A DNA stretch of 64,000 nucleotides from Candidatus Bathyarchaeota archaeon. GTDB taxonomy: Archaea; Thermoproteota; Bathyarchaeia; Bathyarchaeales; Bathycorpusculaceae. Both the position numbers and the translations under genes were made by a program. The stretch covers positions 32,001 to 96,000 of the forward strand of contig CAWEPZ010000002.1 in the NCBI GenBank assembly GCA_963811105.1, in the 5' to 3' direction. The notes beneath the pieces were generated by a model. That model was not told the origin of the DNA. It worked only from the letters and a program-made list of their open reading frames with translations, and ran no database searches. Below, one piece after another: positions 30,878 through 42,154 of the stretch (the first letter of the stretch is position 1; the number at the start of each line of letters is the position of its first letter).

Positions 30878-31345
30878 GTGACTAATTTGGAACCATTAAC
30901 TAAACGTTCAATTCAACTCTTAAAAACACTCTATGAAAAAGGAAAATCCACAAATACCTATACCCTGAGGGTTAAACAAGACGAGCTATCCAGCCAACTG
31001 GGCGTAAGTCGGCAAGCATTAAATGTACACCTGCGTAAACTCAAAAACCGTGGTTACATTCGAACCGGTAGAGGCTTCATTGATGTTACTGATAAAGGCC
31101 TAAGCGCTCTTGGCGTGTCTACCACTCCAGCTTTTATTCTTCTTAAAGTATCTCCAATCAAACGAATTCACGTTTATGAACAAATTCGTGAGCTTGCCGT
31201 ATCCAGAGCTTTCCGAATAGCAGGCGAAGTGGATGCTTTGATTATTGTTGAACGGGATACTCTTGATGACATTCTAAAGAAACTCTACACTATTGACGGA
31301 ATTGAAGATACACGCTCTTACGTAACCATTGAAGAAATTAAATAG
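30878..31345 (+). CDS. Lrp/AsnC family transcriptional regulator
   Basis: HTH (QDELSSQLGVSRQALNVHL) followed by RAM domain (IAGEVD...IDGIEDTRS). Confidence 0.85.
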   Translation: MTNLEPLTKRSIQLLKTLYEKGKSTNTYTLRVKQDELSSQLGVSRQALNVHLRKLKNRGYIRTGRGFIDVTDKGLSALGVSTTPAFILLKVSPIKRIHVYEQIRELAVSRAFRIAGEVDALIIVERDTLDDILKKLYTIDGIEDTRSYVTIEEIK

Positions 31346-31458
31346 GTGAGAACTTCACATTTAGGATGGCTTTCCTAGTTAATTGGAAAGTTGCGGCAAA
31401 AGGTATATTTGATACTTAACCATCAAAGACTTAGCCAAAACGGAAGGTTAACAATAAA

Positions 31459-31620
31459 ATGCCCATATTAGACCCGGTGAAAAAGGCAATAGCGCAAAAG
31501 CACAGGTTATACATGAAAATCTGCAGAGATTGCGGCTCACGCAACGCTGAAACCGCCATTAAATGTAGAAAGTGCAAAGGCAAAAACTTGCGCTGGAAGA
31601 AACGAGAAATAGTTAAGTAA
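31459..31620 (+). CDS. rpl40e: 50S ribosomal protein L40e
   Basis: Not in ORF track. MPILDPVKKAIAQKHRLYMKICRDCGSRNAETAIKCRKCKGKNLRWKKREIVK*. Confidence 0.95.
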   Translation: MPILDPVKKAIAQKHRLYMKICRDCGSRNAETAIKCRKCKGKNLRWKKREIVK

Positions 31621-32103
31621 TCCCAGTTCAGTCTTTCTTTTAATTTATTTTCAGATTCTGTTTAAGCCAGGCCGTAGCTAGTCGCCAAAAAACCATTTTT
31701 CTTAGTCAATGTATTTTGTGGCAAATTAGTTAATCAGAAAATTGTTGCTTATTCTTTCTTTCATAATTATAATGTTGTTGGTTCAGGTTGTTAAATCTCC
31801 AATCCAGTGCTCTAAAAATAATCATTTCCGTTTATGCTGCCATAACTAGTTTGCATCTAACTGAACCGCAAGTTCTGCGGGCGGAAAAGTTTAAGTTTTG
31901 GATAAAGGGAATCCTAGACTTCTCATCTTTTTCTTTGCAGAAGTGAGAGTACAATCCCGATTCAGAGCATTTCTCACTGTTTCGATAGATATAGATTCTT
32001 TATCTTTCTCCGGCATGGATATCAGGCTATTGCTCTCTTGGACAGGTTAAACATTATGAGCTTTGCTAAAGGTTCAACATACAATTAAACAGTTGAAAAG
32101 GGC

Positions 32104-32718
32104 TTACAGGACTTTTCTTAGTGATTCCATGTTGAAAACCGTGCTTGCACAACCATTTTTTATCAGCGGTATCGCCTGTCCAGTCACGTTCATGCCGTTG
32201 AGAAGCGGTCCCATGATTTTCATTTCTTCACCACATGCAACCCCAACAATCCCCTCGTAATGGCGCAATTTGAGAATTTTGGGTATACATGAGCCTCCAG
32301 GCAAAAGGTAAACATCATAACCCTTTTTCTTAGCAAACTGTTCTGCTTTGTTTACTAAGCATTCTGGCGAGCAATGTGCACAAGTGTAAGAAGGGATGTT
32401 TGCGTCAAATTGAGCTTTGCATCGACTATCCATGTATTTGCGTGAGCAGTGTGGAAGGAAAATAGCCCTTTTTTTTGTCTGCAAAAATTTGTTTCTCTCA
32501 ATCATGTTTATTGCCTGCAAATCAATTAAGTCCTTAAGCAAAACTACTGCGTCGGCAAGGTTTAGTCCTGTGGCTTCTTGTATTTTGAATCTTAAAATAA
32601 GTTCATATAACTTGTTAAGTACGGCTTTATGCATGCCCTTCTGATAACTTACCTTGGCAATTTCAGTGAAGAAGAAGCGCGGAACCTTAGAGAGGTCGAA
32701 CGTAAATCTGTAGGGCAT
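32104..32718 (-). CDS. DUF116 family protein
   Basis: FLPHC, CAHC..C, LPGGS, GVAC motifs. Confidence 0.85.
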   Translation of the reverse strand: MPYRFTFDLSKVPRFFFTEIAKVSYQKGMHKAVLNKLYELILRFKIQEATGLNLADAVVLLKDLIDLQAINMIERNKFLQTKKRAIFLPHCSRKYMDSRCKAQFDANIPSYTCAHCSPECLVNKAEQFAKKKGYDVYLLPGGSCIPKILKLRHYEGIVGVACGEEMKIMGPLLNGMNVTGQAIPLIKNGCASTVFNMESLRKVL

Positions 32719-32762
32719 AGAATAGCATAGCTATCAGGCTGCTTAAAAAAATAACTGTGTCT

Positions 32763-32991
32763 TTACGAGAAATTAACCTGGTTATTCTTTTTCACATTCA
32801 AAGCTAATGTGTCTTTGATCAAATTAAGCTCTTCACGCCAGTTGTTTTACATCATTTTCAAGCTTGCTAGCTCGTAGCTCAGCATTTTTTGACAGATTAT
32901 CTGAATCCGGTTTAAGCTCCAATTGTAACTCCAAGTTTACAAATTAACTCATCAATTTTGTCGCTTCTGAACTTGTAATGGGTTTAGTCAT
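32763..32991 (-). pseudogene. Possible degraded small coiled-coil protein gene
   Basis: MTKPITSSEATKLMS*FVNLEL...SKLENDVKQL, then shifted REELNLIKDTL...; one stop and one frameshift. Confidence 0.3.
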
Positions 32992-33030
32992 GGCCCAAAG
33001 CCTATTTCAAAAAGGAAAAAAATGGTTTGA

Positions 33031-33996
33031 TTATATGCTGATTTGGAACATTAACCGTTCAACAAGTTCTTTGTACCTGTTCCGAATAGTAACCTCAGTA
33101 ACTTGCGCAATCTCTGCAATTTCTCTTTGTGTTTTTCGTTCGCCCGTTAGCACTGACGCTACGTAACTTGCTGCTGCTGCGATTCCAGTTGGTCCTCTGC
33201 CTGATGTAAGCTTAAGCTCTTTTGCTGCTGCTAAGATTTTGTGGGCGATTTCTTCCACTTTACCCTGCATTGTCAGTTGATTAGAAAACTTTGTTATATA
33301 TTGGCTTGGTTTAAGCGGTGGAATTGAATAGTTTAGTTCTCTAATTAGAAAACGGTAGCTTCTGCCAACTTCTTTCTTGTTTACAGTTGATGACTGAGCG
33401 ATTTCATCTAAAGTCCGTGGTAACCCACATTGTCTGCATGCCAAGTAAATTGCCGCGGAAGTAACACCCTGAATTGACCTACCTCTGATTAAACGTTCTT
33501 TTACTGCTTTTCGATAAATTACAGATGCTGTTTCAAGAATGCTCTTTGGTAGGTTTAAGTTATTTGAAATCTTTGTGATTTCAGATAGTGCAAATGCCAA
33601 GTTGCGTTCCGTGGCGTCCGAAACTCTGATCCGTCTTTGCCATTTCCTGAGACGATAAACTTGCGCTTTCTGGCCAGGCGAGAGGCTTTTGCCATAAATG
33701 TCTCGGTCGTGCCAGTCAATGGTTGTTGACAAGCCTTTATCATGGATTGTGTATGTTAAAGGGGCTCCAACTCTGGTTCTTTTTGACCTTTGCTCATCAT
33801 CGAAAGCTCGCCATTCTGGTCCCCTGTCAGCTATTTTAGCGGCTACTACCACACCACAGTCCATACATACTATTTCAGCACATTCGTAATCGCGCATAAG
33901 TCGGGTGCTGCCACATTCAGGGCATGATTGTATTTTTGCGGGTTCAGTTTTTGTGGATTGATCTATTTCTTCATGTAACTTGCTATCTCTGCTCAT
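33031..33996 (-). CDS. tfb: Transcription initiation factor IIB
   Basis: CPECG Zn ribbon, GPEWRAF B-reader, two cyclin repeats, [13 protein letters not shown]. Confidence 0.97.
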   Translation of the reverse strand: MSRDSKLHEEIDQSTKTEPAKIQSCPECGSTRLMRDYECAEIVCMDCGVVVAAKIADRGPEWRAFDDEQRSKRTRVGAPLTYTIHDKGLSTTIDWHDRDIYGKSLSPGQKAQVYRLRKWQRRIRVSDATERNLAFALSEITKISNNLNLPKSILETASVIYRKAVKERLIRGRSIQGVTSAAIYLACRQCGLPRTLDEIAQSSTVNKKEVGRSYRFLIRELNYSIPPLKPSQYITKFSNQLTMQGKVEEIAHKILAAAKELKLTSGRGPTGIAAAASYVASVLTGERKTQREIAEIAQVTEVTIRNRYKELVERLMFQISI

Positions 33997-34272
33997 CTAT
34001 TTCTTGCTCCATTTCGTTTTCGAGAGAAGCAAGTATACCGGTTTATTCAATATTTTAGCGGGTTCCCTCACGGTTGGCCTAACCACTGCATAAGGAGCCG
34101 AGACTGGACCAATAATGTCAAAAACTTTGCCGACTACATTTAAGTTCTCATCAATAACTTCAGAGCCAATTCTAGGTGCCTTATCAGTTTTAACAATCAT
34201 GTTTTTAGATGGAGTTAACGCCCGCACTCTGCCCAATTTCTGCAAACGCCCATTCCCCCTCTCGAAAAACAT
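33997..34272 (-). CDS. gar1: H/ACA RNP component Gar1/Naf1
   Basis: VGKVFDIIGPVSAPY; conserved gar1-tfb adjacency. Confidence 0.88.
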   Translation of the reverse strand: MFFERGNGRLQKLGRVRALTPSKNMIVKTDKAPRIGSEVIDENLNVVGKVFDIIGPVSAPYAVVRPTVREPAKILNKPVYLLLSKTKWSKK

Positions 34273-34408
34273 GTTAGGAGTCCGTAAGAGCTTATTTAAA
34301 GCTTTCTAAGGCCTTTAAAAGCCCATAGCTTAATCTGACATTCTAGAGTCGAAAGATTCTTAAATAGGAAGTGTGGATAAGACTGTGCCTTAAAAGGGTG
34401 AGGCTAAT

Positions 34409-34789
34409 ATGTCTAAACCATTCTATGTAAAATATGAAGTACCGAAAGAAATCGTAGATGCAGCCTATGAAGCCCTAACGATTGCTTCTAAATCAGGAGT
34501 AGTTAGGAAAGGAACAAACGAAGCAACAAAAGCTGTTGAACGATCACAAGCAAAACTTGTTGTAATAGCAGAAGATGTTGATCCACCAGAAGTAGTAGCG
34601 CATTTACCGCTTCTCTGTGAAGAAAGAAAAATTCCGTACGTATTCGTTCCAAGCAAAGACAAAATCGGGACCTCAATAGGCATCGACGTTCCTTGCGCTG
34701 CAGCATGCATCCTCCGAGAAGGAGACGCCGCAGGATTAATCAAAGAAATAGTCACACGCATCGATCAGGTTAAACGAGGATCTCAGTAA
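34409..34789 (+). CDS. rpl7ae: 50S ribosomal protein L7Ae
   Basis: [28 protein letters not shown]. Confidence 0.97.
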   Translation: MSKPFYVKYEVPKEIVDAAYEALTIASKSGVVRKGTNEATKAVERSQAKLVVIAEDVDPPEVVAHLPLLCEERKIPYVFVPSKDKIGTSIGIDVPCAAACILREGDAAGLIKEIVTRIDQVKRGSQ

Positions 34790-35007
34790 TGAGCAAAGAA
34801 GCAGCTGAAGAACTTATTCCGTCAGAAGTTATTCAAATCATAGGTCGCACGGGCGTCACTGGCGAAATCACGCAGGTTAGAGTGCGCATCATGGAAGGCA
34901 AAGATAAAGGCAGAATCATAACAAGAAACGTTAAAGGGCCGGTTCGAGTTCAAGATATTCTGATGCTGCGAGAAACAGAAAGAGAAGCAAAGAAAATCAC
35001 AAGATAG
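34789..35007 (+). CDS. rps28e: 30S ribosomal protein S28e
   Basis: [12 protein letters not shown]...RNVKGPVR..D...ETEREA. Confidence 0.97.
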   Translation: MSKEAAEELIPSEVIQIIGRTGVTGEITQVRVRIMEGKDKGRIITRNVKGPVRVQDILMLRETEREAKKITR

Positions 35008-35025
35008 ACTTTGGAGATATCTTTC

Positions 35026-35223
35026 ATGCCAAAAAACCGTAAATGTTCGTTCTGTGGTACTGATTTCCCAGCTGGCACAGGCATGATGTTCGTTAAAAAC
35101 GACGGTTCAATTCTATGGTTCGATTCTGGTAAATGCAAGAAAAGTTCATTGCAATTCAAACGAGATGCACGCAAACTAAAGTGGACCAAGTACTTTGGTA
35201 AAGAAGAGAAAGGTAAAGGGTAA
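35026..35223 (+). CDS. rpl24e: 50S ribosomal protein L24e
   Basis: CSFCG..F.AGTGMMFV.NDG...KC...KWT. Confidence 0.95.
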   Translation: MPKNRKCSFCGTDFPAGTGMMFVKNDGSILWFDSGKCKKSSLQFKRDARKLKWTKYFGKEEKGKG

Positions 35224-35331
35224 CACAAAGTCCTTCTCAACTCAACCCATTTTTTCCTGTTCTATTTTCTATTCTAGTTTTTACTGAAAGCTTATCTTTC
35301 GCTGATTTTATCTTCAGGTTCAGGTGACAAC

Positions 35332-35640
35332 TTGCCCCTTTTCCGAACAAAAAAAGAAGCATTCGAATGGCTATGTAGCGGCAAAAAAACAATTGATGTC
35401 CGAAAAGGAATCCCTCTTCATGGAAAAGTTGCAGTTTACTTGTCTGGTCGAAATGTTCTAAGACTAAAAATCATCAAGACAGAAACTGGGATGTTGAGAG
35501 AAGTGGTACGCATGGATAATTTCAGAATGGTTATTCCATCTGCGGTGGCTCTTGATGATGCTTTTTCTTATTTGCTTGGGCTTTATGATGGTTATGATGG
35601 TGTCTTTACTGCTTATCATATTGTGACGATAGAAGCTTGA
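35332..35640 (+). CDS. ASCH/PUA-like domain protein
   Basis: F.W...GKKTIDVR signature. Confidence 0.65.
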   Translation: MPLFRTKKEAFEWLCSGKKTIDVRKGIPLHGKVAVYLSGRNVLRLKIIKTETGMLREVVRMDNFRMVIPSAVALDDAFSYLLGLYDGYDGVFTAYHIVTIEA

Positions 35641-35802
35641 GTTTGGATTTTTCGAGTTTCTTTTACGAAAAGACTTAGTTCTTTGCATGAAAGCTTATGG
35701 TTGAATAAGTATTAGAATTCGTTTTTAGTAAAAATACTAATGAAAACGTAATACTTAAATATGGTATTTGTGATTGTTCATCACCCAAACGAGGAATTGA
35801 AA

Positions 35803-36840
35803 ATGTCAATATTTAGCGGATGTTACACTGCACTAATTACCCCCATGAATCGTAATCGTCAAGTCGACTACGAAGGTTTACGGCAATTGATAGATTTCCA
35901 AATAAAAGCAGGCGCAAAAGGCATTCTTGCGGTCGGTACAACAGGCGAAAGCCCTACCTTAGATTGGCATGAACACAACAGTGTAATAGAAAAAACACAC
36001 GAATATGCAGGTAGAAAGGTGTTAACTATAGCTGGAACAGGGAGCAACTCAACTCAAGAAGCAATTGAAGGCACTGAACATGCCCAGAGCTTGGGCGTAG
36101 ATTGCGTTCTGCTTGTTGACCCATATTACAATGGACCAAGCTCTATGGAGATACGTAGAGAGTACATTGAGCCAATCGCAAGCCAATTCCCTGATGTCCA
36201 AGTAATACCATATATTATTCCAGGCAGAACAGGAACTCAACTTTACCCACAAGACCTTGCGGTTCTGCATCATCAATACACAAACGTTCGCTGTGTCAAG
36301 GAAGCTACGGGCGATTTGAAAAATATGGAGCTTACTAGACAGCTTTGTGGAAAAGACTTTGATATTCTTTCAGGAGACGATGACAAGACTTACACAATGA
36401 TGACTTCGCCCGACATCGAAGCAAGCGGTGTCATCTCAGTCGTTTCCAATGTCGCTCCCAATGCAATTGTCGATATGGTACACTACCTGCTGGATGGAAA
36501 CGACGAAGCCGCCAGCGTTATCGCCCAAGCCCTTCAACCGCTATTTAGCTTGGTTACAGTGAAAACTCAAGAGCAAACACCTTATGGGCCAGTTGTCTGC
36601 AAAGCCAGAAATCCTCTAGCTTACAAAACCCTGATGAATGTGCTCGGCATGCCATCTGGACCATGTAGACAACCTTTAGGAAAAATGACGCGCGCTGGTT
36701 TAGAATTAGTCCTCACAAATGTACAGAAAGTCTACGAAGCCAATCCACAAGTTCTGCAGCCCATCGCCGACTACTTCAATGTAGATCTAAAAGACCGATT
36801 ATACAACAAAAAGTACCTAGAAGGCCTATACTATGCTTAA
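35803..36840 (+). CDS. dapA: 4-hydroxy-tetrahydrodipicolinate synthase
   Basis: TALITP, GTTGES, PYYN, VKEA Schiff-base Lys, LSGDD. Confidence 0.93.
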   Translation: MSIFSGCYTALITPMNRNRQVDYEGLRQLIDFQIKAGAKGILAVGTTGESPTLDWHEHNSVIEKTHEYAGRKVLTIAGTGSNSTQEAIEGTEHAQSLGVDCVLLVDPYYNGPSSMEIRREYIEPIASQFPDVQVIPYIIPGRTGTQLYPQDLAVLHHQYTNVRCVKEATGDLKNMELTRQLCGKDFDILSGDDDKTYTMMTSPDIEASGVISVVSNVAPNAIVDMVHYLLDGNDEAASVIAQALQPLFSLVTVKTQEQTPYGPVVCKARNPLAYKTLMNVLGMPSGPCRQPLGKMTRAGLELVLTNVQKVYEANPQVLQPIADYFNVDLKDRLYNKKYLEGLYYA

Positions 36841-37627
36841 GCTATGTGTAGCAGGCGCTGCGGGCAGAATGGGAAACGCAATCATAACTGAAGCAATCTC
36901 AAGAGGGCATCAGATAGTTGGTGCAATAGAAGCTCCAAACAATCCCTCTATCGGCAAAACCCTGCAGGAACTAGGTATAACGAATTCCGACACTCCAATC
37001 CTGAGCTCCGACAAATTGGGTGAAGCCATCAGAGACGCCGACACCTACATTAGTTTCACAATGCCCATTGCAGAAGTAATCAACATACCCGTAGCGGCAA
37101 AGGCAGGAAAACGTATAATTCTCGGCACCACAGGCTTCACAGCAGAGCAAAACCGACAAGTTATAGCTGCAATGATCGACAGAGTTCCAGCAGTGTTCTC
37201 ACCAAACTACTCTCTCGGTATCAACATACTCTTCAAGGTAGCTGAAGCATTGAAAGCTTTCCCATCAGGATATGATTTCAGCATAAACGAAATTCATCAC
37301 ACTGGCAAGAAGGATGCTCCAAGCGGCACAGCAAAAAAACTTGGAGAAATTATCGCTGACGCACGCGGCTACACGAAAGTTGTATATGGACGAGAAGGCA
37401 TAAGCCCACGCCAAGCAGAAGAACTTGAAATCACATCGTTGCGCGCCGGCGGGGTTCCGGGCATTCATGACTTAATCGTTGCAGGACCATACGAAATGTT
37501 GCGTATCGAGCATACTGCGTTCTCACGTGATGTCTTTGCACAAGGAGCTGTTTATGCCGCTGAATGGTTAAGCAAGCAAAATGAAACTAAAGTATTTACT
37601 ATGGCTGACGTGTTGGGTTTATCTTAA
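36833..37627 (+). CDS. dapB: 4-hydroxy-tetrahydrodipicolinate reductase
   Basis: GAAGRMG, GTTGF, EIHHTGKKDAPSGTA. Confidence 0.95.
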   Translation: MLKLCVAGAAGRMGNAIITEAISRGHQIVGAIEAPNNPSIGKTLQELGITNSDTPILSSDKLGEAIRDADTYISFTMPIAEVINIPVAAKAGKRIILGTTGFTAEQNRQVIAAMIDRVPAVFSPNYSLGINILFKVAEALKAFPSGYDFSINEIHHTGKKDAPSGTAKKLGEIIADARGYTKVVYGREGISPRQAEELEITSLRAGGVPGIHDLIVAGPYEMLRIEHTAFSRDVFAQGAVYAAEWLSKQNETKVFTMADVLGLS

Positions 37628-37699
37628 AGGCGTAAATAAACCATTAGCTTTTTTTATCAGGGAGAACCAACTCAAAGGAGCAAAGGGAAGAATAAACAA

Positions 37700-38758
37700 A
37701 TGTCAATGAAGCGAAAAGTAGCAATACTAGGCGCAACCGGTGCCGTTGGACAACGGTACATTCAACTCTTGCAGAAGCACCCGTGGTTTCAAATTGAGGT
37801 GCTTGCTGCTTCAGAGCGGTCAGCAGGCAAAAAATATGGAGATGCTTGCAATTGGGTTATGGAGTCAAACCTGCCAAAGGAAATTGCAGAAATGCCCGTG
37901 GTTAACGCTGATGTTGAGTCTGTAGAAAAGGCGGGCGAGGTTGATTTAGTGTTTTCTTCGTTGCCTGGAGACTTGGCTGGTCCCGTTGAGTCCGAATTTG
38001 CTGCGCTGTATCCAGTGTTTAGTAAAGCTAGTGCTCACAGAATGGAAAAAGACGTTCCATTAATCATTCCAGAAATCAACCCTGACCACGCAGATTTGAT
38101 AAAAATTCAGCAGGAGCTGCGGGGTTGGAAAGGCTTTATTACGACAGATCCTAACTGCAGCACGATTCAGCTCGCGATTACGCTCAAGCCACTGATGCAA
38201 TTTGGCCTCAGGCAAATTATTGTTTCAACAATGCAAGCGCTCAGCGGAGCAGGATATCCTGGTGTAGCATCTTTGGACATAATTGACAATGTAGTTCCCT
38301 TCATTTCGGGTGAAGAAGAGAAAATGGAAGCAGAAGCCCTGAAGATACTAGGTGATTTTGATGGCAAAGCAATTCGGAATGCTGATTTTCAGCTTAGCGC
38401 AAGCTGTAGCAGAGTTCACGTGAAGGATGGGCATTTAGAATCAGTGTTCATAAAGCTCGCAAAGACCCCGTCGATACAAGAAATAGAGGCAGCCTTTGCC
38501 AACTTTGCGGGAGAACCTCAAAAGCTCAAGTTGCCTTCCGCGCCAAGGCAAACAATTGTTATTCGACATGAGAAGAACAGGCCTCAACCTCGCTTTGACC
38601 GCGAAACAGGATGTGGAATGAGTGTTGTGGTCGGTAGAATACGTAAGGATCCAATTATGACTTTCAAGTACATTTGTCTTGGACATAATACTGTTCGAGG
38701 CGGAGCTGGCGCAGGGATTCTGAGCGCGGAATTGTTTGTAGCCAAAGGTTTAGCTTAA
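37700..38758 (+). CDS. asd: Aspartate-semialdehyde dehydrogenase
   Basis: GATGAVG, PNCST, QALSGAG, HNTVRG. Confidence 0.95.
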   Translation: MSMKRKVAILGATGAVGQRYIQLLQKHPWFQIEVLAASERSAGKKYGDACNWVMESNLPKEIAEMPVVNADVESVEKAGEVDLVFSSLPGDLAGPVESEFAALYPVFSKASAHRMEKDVPLIIPEINPDHADLIKIQQELRGWKGFITTDPNCSTIQLAITLKPLMQFGLRQIIVSTMQALSGAGYPGVASLDIIDNVVPFISGEEEKMEAEALKILGDFDGKAIRNADFQLSASCSRVHVKDGHLESVFIKLAKTPSIQEIEAAFANFAGEPQKLKLPSAPRQTIVIRHEKNRPQPRFDRETGCGMSVVVGRIRKDPIMTFKYICLGHNTVRGGAGAGILSAELFVAKGLA

Positions 38759-38803
38759 GCTAATTACTTACAACGGTACTGTATGAAGTGGGTGTAAGCG
38801 GGG

Positions 38804-40090
38804 ATGGTTAAGATGAGAAAGCTTCGTGAACCCTTAGAAGACCGAAAGGGCAGCTTGTTCTTTGATGGTGTTTCAGCTAAAGAGTTGGCGCAACAGCATG
38901 ATACTCCTTTGTACGTTGTGAGCGAGAAACGCATCCTTGATAATTATAACCGCATTCATGATGCTTTAATTCGGAATTACAAGTATGTAAGAGTTTATTA
39001 TGCTGCGAAAGCAAACTCGAACTTAACTGTGCTGAAGATTCTCCAGTCGCAGGGGGCATACTTAGACACTGTCAGTCCAGGCGAGGTGTTCATGGGGTTA
39101 GTCAGTGGATACACACCTGACCGCCTGATGTTCACGGGTACGAGCGTCAGAAATGACGAGTTAAAATTCCTTGCCGACGCAAATGTGACGATAAATATTG
39201 ATTCCCAATCAGAACTTGATAGGCTTCTTAAGATTGCTGTGCCACCTGTTTTGTCGGTTCGAGTTAATCCGGAAATTGGTGCAGGCCATCACAGTCACTG
39301 CATTACGGCTGGTCCAGAATCAAAGTTTGGACTTTGGGAAGAAGAGACAATTCAGGCTTATGCGATTGCTAAGAGGGCCCGTGTGGAACGCTTTGGTATA
39401 CACATGCATATTGGCTCAGGCATCCTTGAGGTTGAACCCTTCGTGCTGGCTGTGGAGAAGCTTCTCAGCATCGCCAAGCGGGTTCATGATGAGGTAGGAA
39501 TAGACTTTGAATTCATAGATATAGGCGGCGGGTTTGGTGTTCCTTACAAGCCTGAGGAAAAAGATTTTGATTTGTCGGAGTTTGCGAGCAGAGTGGTTGC
39601 ACCTTTCAAAGCAAAGATTGCTGAGTATGGTTTGGGCAAGCCATTTCTTTGTATTGAACCAGGTAGGTATTTGGTTTGTGATGCAAGTATTCTCTTAACA
39701 GCCGTTAACACCGTTAAGATTACTCCTGCAAAGAAATTTGTGGGTGTGGATGCGGGTTTCAACACTCTGATAAGGCCAACAATGTATGGGTCATATCATC
39801 CTATGATAGTTGCCAACAAGCTTGAAGTGGCAGAGAAGGAAACCTATGATGTGGTAGGCCCAATTTGTGAGTCAGGCGACGTTTTAGCTAAAGATCGTGA
39901 ATTGCCAATTATTGAAGAAGGGGATTTGTTAGCAGTTTTGAACGCTGGTGCATATGGTTTTAGTATGAGTTCACAATACAATGCACGGCCTCGAGCGGCG
40001 GAAGTTATGATTAGGCAAGGCAAGTCGATCATCATTAGAGCGCGAGAGCAGCTTGATAATTTAACGGCGAATCAGCAGGCGGCAGAGTGA
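38804..40090 (+). CDS. lysA: Diaminopimelate decarboxylase
   Basis: YAAKAN, HMHIGS, EPGRY, GPICESGD, GAYG. Confidence 0.95.
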   Translation: MVKMRKLREPLEDRKGSLFFDGVSAKELAQQHDTPLYVVSEKRILDNYNRIHDALIRNYKYVRVYYAAKANSNLTVLKILQSQGAYLDTVSPGEVFMGLVSGYTPDRLMFTGTSVRNDELKFLADANVTINIDSQSELDRLLKIAVPPVLSVRVNPEIGAGHHSHCITAGPESKFGLWEEETIQAYAIAKRARVERFGIHMHIGSGILEVEPFVLAVEKLLSIAKRVHDEVGIDFEFIDIGGGFGVPYKPEEKDFDLSEFASRVVAPFKAKIAEYGLGKPFLCIEPGRYLVCDASILLTAVNTVKITPAKKFVGVDAGFNTLIRPTMYGSYHPMIVANKLEVAEKETYDVVGPICESGDVLAKDRELPIIEEGDLLAVLNAGAYGFSMSSQYNARPRAAEVMIRQGKSIIIRAREQLDNLTANQQAAE

Positions 40091-40929
40091 TTTTGGTGCG
40101 TTTCTGGAAGATGCATGGGCTTGGTAATGACTATATTGTAATTGACAACAGAGCCGAAAAAATCAGCGGAAAAAAAGCTGCAGATTTGGCTAAGAAACTT
40201 TGTGAAAGACGGTTGTCGGTTGGAGCGGACGGGCTTTTGCTGGTTTCGTACTCGAAAGTAGCAGTTGTCAAGATGAGGATTTTTAACTCAGACGGTAGCG
40301 AAGCTGAAATGTGCGGTAACGGCATACGTTGCTTTGCTAAGTATTGTTATGAAAATGGCATTGTGGTCAAGCCAGAGTTCACAGTTGAGACCTTGTCAGG
40401 AATAAGGCATATCTGGTTGACTATAAAGGACAAAGATGTAATAGCTGTTAAGGTGGATATGGGCACGCCAAACTGGCAGAAAAGCTCACTACCAATGACT
40501 GGGGAGGGTATATGCCTCAACCAGGACTTAGAAGTTGACGGAGAAACCTTTAAGGTAACATGTCTTTCGATGGGCAACCCTCACTGCGTACTCTTTGTTG
40601 ACTGTATTGAATGTTTTCCGGTTGAAGAACTCGGTTCAAAAATTGAAAATCACAAAGCCTTTCCAAATCGAACTAATGTGGGATTTGTTGAGGTACTAAA
40701 CGAAAGTGAGTTGAATGTTCGCGTTTGGGAGAGGGGCTGCGGCGAAACTCTTGCTTGCGGAACAGGAACCTGCGCTGCCGTGGCTGCTGCAAACAAACTT
40801 GGAAAAGTTGGAAACAACGTAACTGTTCACGTGTTGGGGGGAGATTTGAAGGTTGAAGTTGCTGAAAGTTTGTTTTTAAGCGGTGCAGCGGAAAAAGTTT
40901 TTGAAGGAACGTTGTTCGGAGAGATATAG
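40087..40929 (+). CDS. dapF: Diaminopimelate epimerase
   Basis: KMHGLGND, EMCGNG, GNPH, ERGCGETLACGTG. Confidence 0.96.
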   Translation: MILVRFWKMHGLGNDYIVIDNRAEKISGKKAADLAKKLCERRLSVGADGLLLVSYSKVAVVKMRIFNSDGSEAEMCGNGIRCFAKYCYENGIVVKPEFTVETLSGIRHIWLTIKDKDVIAVKVDMGTPNWQKSSLPMTGEGICLNQDLEVDGETFKVTCLSMGNPHCVLFVDCIECFPVEELGSKIENHKAFPNRTNVGFVEVLNESELNVRVWERGCGETLACGTGTCAAVAAANKLGKVGNNVTVHVLGGDLKVEVAESLFLSGAAEKVFEGTLFGEI

Positions 40930-40931
40930 CT

Positions 40932-42092
40932 TTGATGTTTGAATACGCTGACAGAATTAATCGGTTGCCCCCGTACTTGTTTGCTGAGATTGAACGGAAA
41001 ATAAAGGAAAAAAAGGCTCAAGGCGTCGATTTAATTTCTCTTAGCGTCGGTGACCCTGACCTTCCGCCGCCAACATTTATCACTGAAGCGTTAAAAGAGG
41101 AAGCAGCTAACCCTGAGAATCATAATTACTCGTTTAGCCAAGGTGAACCTGACTTTCGAGTTGCAGTTGCAGGATGGTGCAAGAACCGATTCAATGTTGA
41201 CTTGCAGCAGGATCAAGTGGTTGCACTTTTAGGTTCCAAAGAGGGTATAGCAAACATCGCGCGGGCTTTCATAAATCCAGGTGACCGTGTGCTTGTGCCT
41301 GACCCAGCTTACCCTGTGTACGCTAATGGCAGCACCATCCTTTGCGATGGGATCTCGGTGCCGCTACCACTTCTTGAGAAAAACGAATTCAGACCCGATT
41401 TTGACTCAATAAAGTCTGAGGGCGTTAAGATGATGTTTCTTAATTACCCCAATAACCCAACCGCTGCAACAATTGATAAAAAGTTTCTCAAAGAAACTGT
41501 AGAATTCGCTAAGGACAACAACATCATCCTCTGCTACGACAACGCATATTCAGAAGTCACCTTCGACCGCTATCGAGCACCTAGCATCTTGGAGATTGAG
41601 GGCGCTATGGATGTCGTTGTAGAATTTCATTCGCTTTCGAAAACCTTCAACATGACAGGCGACCGAATAGCCTTCGCCGTAGGAAATAAGCAACTTGTAG
41701 CTGGGTTAACGAAAGTGAAGTCACAAATCGATTCAGGACCACCAGTTTACACTCAAAAAGTCGCCGTTAAAGCCTTAGGTGCCTATACAAGCCGCGAAGT
41801 TCCAGAGTTCCTAAAGAAAAACAACCAAATCCTGCAAGAACGTCGTGATCTTCTTGTTGACATGCTCTGTAAAATTGGCTTCAAGTGTGACAAGCCTAAA
41901 GCTACGTTTTATGTATGGGTACGTTGCAAAGGCGATTCAATGGATTTCTCCACAAAACTGCTTGATGCTGGGGTAGCTGTGACGCCGGGCGTTGGCTTTG
42001 GCAAGTATGGTGAGGGTTTTGTCAGGATGACGTTTACGCAGCCAAAAGAACGCATTATTGAGGCCTGCAATAGAATAGCCCGAGCTTTCTAA
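40932..42092 (+). CDS. dapL: LL-diaminopimelate aminotransferase
   Basis: LPPYLFA, GSKEG, NYPNNP, DNAY, SLSKTFNMTG.R; last gene of the dap operon. Confidence 0.85.
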   Translation: MMFEYADRINRLPPYLFAEIERKIKEKKAQGVDLISLSVGDPDLPPPTFITEALKEEAANPENHNYSFSQGEPDFRVAVAGWCKNRFNVDLQQDQVVALLGSKEGIANIARAFINPGDRVLVPDPAYPVYANGSTILCDGISVPLPLLEKNEFRPDFDSIKSEGVKMMFLNYPNNPTAATIDKKFLKETVEFAKDNNIILCYDNAYSEVTFDRYRAPSILEIEGAMDVVVEFHSLSKTFNMTGDRIAFAVGNKQLVAGLTKVKSQIDSGPPVYTQKVAVKALGAYTSREVPEFLKKNNQILQERRDLLVDMLCKIGFKCDKPKATFYVWVRCKGDSMDFSTKLLDAGVAVTPGVGFGKYGEGFVRMTFTQPKERIIEACNRIARAF

Positions 42093-42154
42093 TCCTATTT
42101 TTGTATTAAAGAGGTTTTTAGGTACCGCTGTACTTCTATGGTGGCAGTTTTCTC

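Noticed and set aside
31621-32100. 480-bp gap with a 41-aa minus-strand ORF (MPEKDKES...)
   Set aside because: No motif, RBS or structure that supports a call.
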